64,000 bases of DNA from an uncultured Klebsiella sp. Its GTDB lineage: Bacteria > Pseudomonadota > Gammaproteobacteria > Ga0077536. The position numbers and the translations under genes are program-made. Where the stretch lies: NCBI GenBank assembly GCA_964555355.1, contig CAZKRY010000001.1, positions 343,177 to 407,176 of the forward strand, read 5' to 3'. Shown here piece after piece: positions 58,712 to 64,000 of this stretch; the first letter of the stretch is position 1, and every line of letters starts with the position of its first letter. The notes beneath the pieces were generated by a model. That model had not been told where the DNA came from and ran no database searches. It was given only the letters and a program-made list of their open reading frames with translations.

Positions 58712-59754
58712 GCGTCAAAGCCGACGATACCGCTGCGCTGCAAATACGCATCGTCGATTACCTTTCAACCAAACTTCCGGCGGCGCGCAATTTCACGCTG
58801 CATAACGTGCAGCGGATCGGCGTTGGTTGGTCACATGAAACCTGGTTATTTGATCTGCGTTACGAACAAGACGGTAAGGCCGCTGAAATGGGCCTGTGTC
58901 TACGGCGCGATCCTGGCAATGCGCTATTGCGGCAGATGTCCGATCTCGCCGAACAGTTTCGGGTGTTGAAATGCCTGGAGCAGACACCGTTGCCAACCCC
59001 CAAAGCCTATTGGTTTGAGCCGGACTCAACCTTGCTCGACGGGCCCTTTCTCGTCATGGAGAAGGTGCCTGGCACCTGCCCTAATCCGTGGGGCAAAGAA
59101 GGCTTGGCGTATTACCGTGCAGCGGCGGAGCGCGGGGTGTTACCGAAGAGTTTCACCACTACGCTCGCGACATTACACACACTCGATTGGCGCGTCGCCG
59201 GTTTGGATTTCTTAGGGGTACCGGCGACGGGAGAAGATTTCGCGCGCCGCGAGATCGCCAAATGGCGCGAACTCATTGCGCAGTCGGAACAACCGCCGGA
59301 ACCGATTCTGACCGATCTCATTTGTTGGCTGGAAGCGAATATCCCAGCCACGTCTCGCTTAACTTTGGTGCACGGCGCCTACCGCACCGGCAATTTGTTA
59401 ATTCATGAAGACCGTGTGTCCGCCGTACTCGATTGGGAACTCCAAGTCATCGGCGATCCAATGTACGACGTCGCCTACGTGTTATCCGATCTAAACCGCG
59501 AAGGCACGCCGCTGTTGTCCAACCTTGTCGATCGCGACGCCTTCTTCCGCGACTACGAAGCCGCCACCGGCTTTGTCATCGACGAGCAAGCCTGCCGTTA
59601 TTACAACGCGCTGTACGCCATGCGTTCAGTGGCGTTTTGGATGAGCGCCTCGGGCCTCTATGCCAGCGGCAAAAGCAATGACATTCGGCTTGCGCGCACG
59701 GCATGGTCGGTGCCGGTGGTGCTGGAGCGCGCGGCGCGGGATTTGAGGTATTGA
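58708..59754 (+). CDS. Phosphotransferase-family protein (APH/ChoK-like kinase fold)
   Basis: The start is set at ATG 58708. Brenner motif HGAYRTGN (HGDxxxxN variant) and DWE (DFG-like DWEL); ~350 aa. Confidence 0.65.
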   Translation: MSVKADDTAALQIRIVDYLSTKLPAARNFTLHNVQRIGVGWSHETWLFDLRYEQDGKAAEMGLCLRRDPGNALLRQMSDLAEQFRVLKCLEQTPLPTPKAYWFEPDSTLLDGPFLVMEKVPGTCPNPWGKEGLAYYRAAAERGVLPKSFTTTLATLHTLDWRVAGLDFLGVPATGEDFARREIAKWRELIAQSEQPPEPILTDLICWLEANIPATSRLTLVHGAYRTGNLLIHEDRVSAVLDWELQVIGDPMYDVAYVLSDLNREGTPLLSNLVDRDAFFRDYEAATGFVIDEQACRYYNALYAMRSVAFWMSASGLYASGKSNDIRLARTAWSVPVVLERAARDLRY

Positions 59755-59863
59755 CGGCGGTCGGAGCGCAGCCCGGCCTTTGGTTTAGCCCATTCGTTTT
59801 AGCGCGTCCCCTGACGATGGAGTTATAGTCTATTCTCCGGACTCCGATTTTTTCCTAACTGCC

Positions 59864-62800
59864 ATGCGCTGTCCTGACTGCCACTCCGAAACCGATGGAA
59901 GCGCGGCATTCTGCGGGCAGTGCGGCGCCTTACTGGCACAACCCAAACAAGAATCCAGGCGCCGCAGTTATACCCCTCAGTACTTGCTGGATAAGGTGTT
60001 TGCCGCAAAACCTGCGGTCGAAGGCGAGCGCAAGCAAGTGACCGTGCTGTTCTGCGACATCGTTGAATCCACATCCATGGCGGCGCGGCTTGGCCCGGAA
60101 GCCATGCATGCGCTGCTCAATCGCTTTTTTGACGCCGCGCTGGAAGAAGTGCACGCGTGCGAAGGCATCGTCAACCAATTCCTAGGGGACGGTTTCATGG
60201 CCATCTTCGGTGCGCCGGTTGCGCATGAGGATCACGCGCGACGGGCAGCGACGGCTGCATTAAATATCCGGCGTAGATGTTTTGCGCCCAGCCTAAGCCT
60301 GGCGGAGGCGCTCGTTCCGATGCGGTTCGGCATGAATACGGGTCCGGTGGTCATTGGCCGAATCGGCGACGATTTGCGTATGGACTACACGGCCATCGGC
60401 GATACCGTAAATCTTGCCGCGCGGATGCAGCAGAGTGCCGCCTCTGGAGAAGTTGCGCTCACCGCGGAGACGCACCAAATCATCGAACCCTACTTCGAGT
60501 GCGATAGCCTCGGCACGCGGCAGGTGAAAGGTCGTTCGCATGGCGTGCCGGTGTATCGACTGAAGCAACCTCGTCAGGGATCGCCCGGGGCAATCACGGC
60601 GCACGCGCAACTAAAAGCCATGCCGATGATCGGGCGCCTCGCGGAGTTAACGCTAATTGAAGCGCAAATCACGGCACTAGGTCGCGGCAAAGGTTCCATC
60701 GTGGTGGTAAGCGGTGAAGCCGGTATCGGCAAATCGCGTTTACTCACGGAGGCACGCACACGCTTTGGCGCCAATCTCCATTGGCTAGAAGGCGCGGCGT
60801 TGTCATTTGGCAGTGCGGTTGCTTACGCGCCGTTTGCGACCGCACTGCGCCCCCTTTTTGGGCTAGACGACTTGCTCGACAGCGAGACCGCATGGCGGCG
60901 CTTGGAGGACCGGTTGCGTGGCCTATTAGGGCCAATGGCGAACGAGTTGTTGCCGTTCGCCGGCATGTTAATGCGCCTTGAGATGCCGAAAGCGGCTTTT
61001 GCACTAGTCGCCAAGCTAGACCCGCTCGACGTACGCGGACAGGTGTTCACCGTTGCGCGGCGTTTGTTAATCGCAACCTCCCGACAGCTGCCGGTTTTTC
61101 TTCACTTAGAAGATTGGCACTGGGCCGACCAAGCGTCCAGCGCGTTGCTTTTCCATTTATTGTCGCTGGCGGAAGCATATCCGGTGACAATCTGTGTCAA
61201 CGGTCGATTCGAGCGCGAGCAATTCGCGCAATTGCAGGTTGCGATGGCACAGCATCCCAACCTCGTCCCAATATCGATACAGCTCGAGCCGCTTACGGCG
61301 TCCGATAGCAATTCATTGCTGTCCGCACTCGGCGAGCGCATCAAAATTGGCAATGCGTCCCGGCAAGAAATCCTAGCGAAGGCGGAAGGGAATCCACTTT
61401 TTCTGGAAGAGGTCATCTATTCGCTGCAAGGATTGCGGACCGCGAGCACGGTGGCGGCGGGGAGTACGCTGGCTTTCTACGACAACGCAGTGATCGCGTT
61501 ACCAAGCACGATTGACGCCATCATTAGTGCACGAATCGATCGTCTACAAAACGATGCCAAGCACATTTTGCGGTTGGCGGCGGTCGTTGGGCGTAGCTTC
61601 TATCGGCGGGTCTTGCAACTAATCAAGGATGCCGACATCGATCTTGATGCAAAGCTGGCGCAGCTTGAGGATTTCGATTTTATTCGGCACCGCGTTCCCG
61701 GCGCGGTCGATGAATATTTGTTCAAACACGCGTTGGTACGGGAAGCGAGTTACCAAAGTATTCTGGAGGACCGCCGTAAGCAGTTGCATCTGCGCGTGGC
61801 AGAGGCGCTCGAGGAATTGTTCGCCGATCGACTACAGGAATATGCCGGACTCCTTGCCTACCATTACGCGCGTGCGAACGTGCAAACCAAGGCGCGGCAG
61901 TACGTGCTGGAGGCGGGCGATCAGGCCGCGCGTATGTCATGCGATGTAGAAGCGTTGGAGCTGTACACACAAGCAGCGCAAAGCTACGCCTCAATCTTCG
62001 GCGAGCGGCATATTTCCAGAGAGCGCGCCGCGTTAGAGCAAAAAATCGGGGATGCATTGTTTCGGCTAGGCGAACATGAACGCGCGACAGAACATTTACA
62101 ACGCGCGCTTATGTTGCTCGGCATTGACTATCCGCGATCCCCTGCCTTGGTAGTGGCAAGAACCGTTGGCTATTTGTTGTTGCATCTACTGAGAAGAAGC
62201 ATGCCTTTTGCACCGACGCCAGGTGACACGTTAACAGGTGACGACGAGGTTCGGCTGAGTGCGTTTGTGTCGTTGGGCTGGATTCATTTTCAAAGCGATC
62301 AGACGCAGTTTTTTTACAATTTGGTAGCGGCATTGCATTGGGCCGAGAAAGGACACTTTTGGCCAGCGATGATTCAGAGCTGGATGGGCTTAGGTCTTGT
62401 GCTTGATGTCATCGGTTTTTCCCGATTGGCCGGGGGGTATCATCGGCGCGCGAATGAACTCGCCGCGCAAATAGACGACGCATCAGCGCGTGGCACGGCA
62501 GTGCACGGCGAGGGGTATCATCAATACCTGCGTGGCGAACTTGCTGCGGCGCGGGTGCAATTCTCGCGCGCCTGTTCACTATTCAAGTCTTCCGGCAAGT
62601 TGCGTGAGCAGTCGATCTCGCTCGCGAGCCAAAGCTTAATCGAGCAGCTCGAAGGCAAGTTTAGTGCCGCCACGGCGACCGCCGTGCGATTGGGTGAGCT
62701 AGCGCAAGACAGCGGTGACAATGTCGTGCGTTTATACCATTGCGAGCGTCAAGCTTCGTGCTGGATGTTCGACGGTAAGCTTGCGGAAGCGGAAACGTAT

Positions 62801-63502
62801 CTTCGTAATGCCGTGGAAGGATTGCGCCTAATTCCGGATTTTCAGATCGAGTGCTGGGCGCTCGGGTGGCAGGCGCGGTGTTATCTGTGGCAAGGCGAGC
62901 TGACCTTAGCGCGCGCCGCGCTAGCGAGAGGTAGTCAACTGGCAGCGTCGTCTCTCATTAGCCCGGAGAATCGTTCCGAGATACTTATCAGCGCTGGTTG
63001 GATCGCATTGGAAGAAGCGGAAGTCGCCTCAGGGGAAGGCAACGCGCTTAAGCGACGGCAGTTGAGTGGCGCCATCTCTGCGCTCGAACGCCTCGGCCGT
63101 CTTTTCAAATGTGTAATTCCCGTTGCTCGCTGCCTAAAGGCCAATGCTCATTGGCTCGCCGGCAAACATCGGGACGCACACAAGTTTTGGGATGAAGCTG
63201 CAAGCTGTGCAACTGAGCAAGGCGCGCAATTCTACGCGGCTGTTGTGGATGAGGAACGTGGCCGATTTACCGGCAACCCGACTTTGTTGCATCGTGCGTT
63301 AGAGCAATATTGTGCTTTTGGGAGCAGTTTCTGCGCCGCACGCACCCATCGGCGATTGGGAGACCATTATCGGAACACCCAACCACAAGACGCGGCGACC
63401 CACTACCGGCGTGCGCTTAAGCTACATCGCGAGATGAGTGCCGAGTATGAATTGCGGCGGGTGCGAGAGAGTCTTTCCAGCCTAGACGATGCTGAACAAT
63501 AA
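59864..63502 (+). CDS. Multidomain signalling protein: Zn-ribbon, class III adenylyl/guanylyl cyclase (CHD), AAA/STAND NTPase and TPR-like helical repeats
   Basis: CPDCHSETDGSAAFCGQCG zinc ribbon. CHD domain (VTVLFCDIVESTS...FLGDGFMAIFGAP...IGDTVNLAARM). P-loop GEAGIGKSRL. A long helical repeat-rich C-terminus. Confidence 0.8.
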   Translation: MRCPDCHSETDGSAAFCGQCGALLAQPKQESRRRSYTPQYLLDKVFAAKPAVEGERKQVTVLFCDIVESTSMAARLGPEAMHALLNRFFDAALEEVHACEGIVNQFLGDGFMAIFGAPVAHEDHARRAATAALNIRRRCFAPSLSLAEALVPMRFGMNTGPVVIGRIGDDLRMDYTAIGDTVNLAARMQQSAASGEVALTAETHQIIEPYFECDSLGTRQVKGRSHGVPVYRLKQPRQGSPGAITAHAQLKAMPMIGRLAELTLIEAQITALGRGKGSIVVVSGEAGIGKSRLLTEARTRFGANLHWLEGAALSFGSAVAYAPFATALRPLFGLDDLLDSETAWRRLEDRLRGLLGPMANELLPFAGMLMRLEMPKAAFALVAKLDPLDVRGQVFTVARRLLIATSRQLPVFLHLEDWHWADQASSALLFHLLSLAEAYPVTICVNGRFEREQFAQLQVAMAQHPNLVPISIQLEPLTASDSNSLLSALGERIKIGNASRQEILAKAEGNPLFLEEVIYSLQGLRTASTVAAGSTLAFYDNAVIALPSTIDAIISARIDRLQNDAKHILRLAAVVGRSFYRRVLQLIKDADIDLDAKLAQLEDFDFIRHRVPGAVDEYLFKHALVREASYQSILEDRRKQLHLRVAEALEELFADRLQEYAGLLAYHYARANVQTKARQYVLEAGDQAARMSCDVEALELYTQAAQSYASIFGERHISRERAALEQKIGDALFRLGEHERATEHLQRALMLLGIDYPRSPALVVARTVGYLLLHLLRRSMPFAPTPGDTLTGDDEVRLSAFVSLGWIHFQSDQTQFFYNLVAALHWAEKGHFWPAMIQSWMGLGLVLDVIGFSRLAGGYHRRANELAAQIDDASARGTAVHGEGYHQYLRGELAAARVQFSRACSLFKSSGKLREQSISLASQSLIEQLEGKFSAATATAVRLGELAQDSGDNVVRLYHCERQASCWMFDGKLAEAETYLRNAVEGLRLIPDFQIECWALGWQARCYLWQGELTLARAALARGSQLAASSLISPENRSEILISAGWIALEEAEVASGEGNALKRRQLSGAISALERLGRLFKCVIPVARCLKANAHWLAGKHRDAHKFWDEAASCATEQGAQFYAAVVDEERGRFTGNPTLLHRALEQYCAFGSSFCAARTHRRLGDHYRNTQPQDAATHYRRALKLHREMSAEYELRRVRESLSSLDDAEQ

Positions 63503-63529
63503 CCCACGAATAATGAAGGAACGGTCGCA

Positions 63530-64000
63530 TGGCTTATGAAATCAAACGTTTCCCCTATGCCGGCACGATCGACGCCGACGGCCATGTATTGGAACCACCG
63601 GATCTATGGGAGCGCTATCTAGAATCCCGTTATCGCGAACGTGCGTTACGTATTCGGGTTGATGATGAGGGCTTTGAATATCTCGAAATAGATGGCCGCC
63701 CTTCCGCGCGCTCGAACAAGGGCTCGCTTGGTTTGCTCGGCACGATGGGCGCGGACGACATGCGCCCGCGTCCGGAGCGTCGTTATGCGGACAACATTCC
63801 GTTCGGCGCCGGCGATCCGCGTGAGCGTCTTTCGCTTCTCGACCAAGAGAACCTTGAAGCCGCGTTGCTCTATCCCACCTTAGGCCTCTTGTGGGAGTAC
63901 GAGCTCACCGATCCCGAGCTGAGCCTCGCCTATGTGCGAGCGTACAACCGTTGGATTGCGGATTTTTGTCGCGACAGCGGCGGGCGCTTGGTGCCGATTG
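63530..64000 (+). CDS. 3'-truncated amidohydrolase-2 (ACMSD-like metal-dependent hydrolase)-family protein
   Basis: ATG 63530 with a GAAGGAA ribosome-binding site. N-terminal DADGHVLEP matches the amidohydrolase_2 family metal-binding start. The frame is open to the window end. Confidence 0.5.

Noticed and set aside
59864-63502. Possibility that the cyclase-STAND protein is a phage-defence (Pycsar-like) module
   Set aside because: It is a single-gene architecture with no adjacent effector (TM, TIR or nuclease) gene, and no other defence or mobile-element genes lie nearby. A housekeeping signalling adenylyl cyclase of the STAND type is more parsimonious.
1-64000. Search for tRNA/rRNA genes, CRISPR arrays, integrases, transposases or prophage remnants
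   Set aside because: There are no cloverleaf-compatible conserved tRNA boxes, no short direct repeats with unique spacers, and no recognisable integrase or transposase motifs in any frame. The REP arrays are palindromic rather than spacer-separated and are not CRISPR.

Overview
This is a 64-kb, GC-rich (roughly 60%) proteobacterial chromosomal window, densely coded. The main feature is a roughly 30-kb locus of 25 genes, all on the + strand, for a heavily modified glycan, apparently exported by an ABC transporter.

The window contains, in order:
1. A 5'-truncated coiled-coil ORF, a PilZ-domain protein and a Sel1-repeat protein.
2. A MoxR-type AAA+ ATPase and a CoxE-like VWA protein (11-nt overlap), followed by a secreted hypothetical protein.
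3. A SirB1-like protein.
4. The glycan locus (6.6-36.2 kb): a winged-helix regulator; a WbpB/WbpD/WbpE-like trio for a UDP-2,3-diacetamido uronic acid; SDR epimerases; two asparagine-synthase-like amidotransferases; a Wzm/Wzt ABC exporter; a radical-SAM protein overlapping a methyltransferase; two FemAB/GNAT-like proteins; three DegT aminotransferases; a sulfotransferase; two putative deacetylases; three paralogous large GT-B glycosyltransferases; and two GT4s. Many genes are joined by ATGA/GTGA overlaps. A lower-GC sub-block (Wzm/Wzt/radical SAM/methyltransferase) is embedded in it.
5. A tandem array of ~146-bp REP/BIME-like palindromic elements between the convergent asnB-like and MscS genes. 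Single copies of the same family sit at about 5.6, 49.8, 52.1 and 55.4 kb and generate spurious ORFs.
6. A phytanoyl-CoA-dioxygenase-family protein and a VOC protein.
7. A CoxM/CoxS/CoxL-type molybdo-flavo-iron-sulfur hydroxylase followed by a small MoaD/ThiS-like protein ending in Gly-Gly.
8. A hybrid histidine kinase with two receiver domains, convergent with a GAF-PAS sigma-54 activator.
9. A cytochrome P450 plus SDR operon.
10. A catabolic-looking block: dienelactone hydrolase, family-III CoA-transferase, two LLM monooxygenases, an SMP-30-type lactonase, an acyl-CoA ligase and an APH-like kinase.
11. A 1212-aa class-III adenylyl cyclase/AAA/TPR STAND protein and a 3'-truncated amidohydrolase.

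No rRNA, tRNA, CRISPR, integrase or transposase genes were recognised. All calls rest on motif-level reading of the six-frame translations; no database search was possible.
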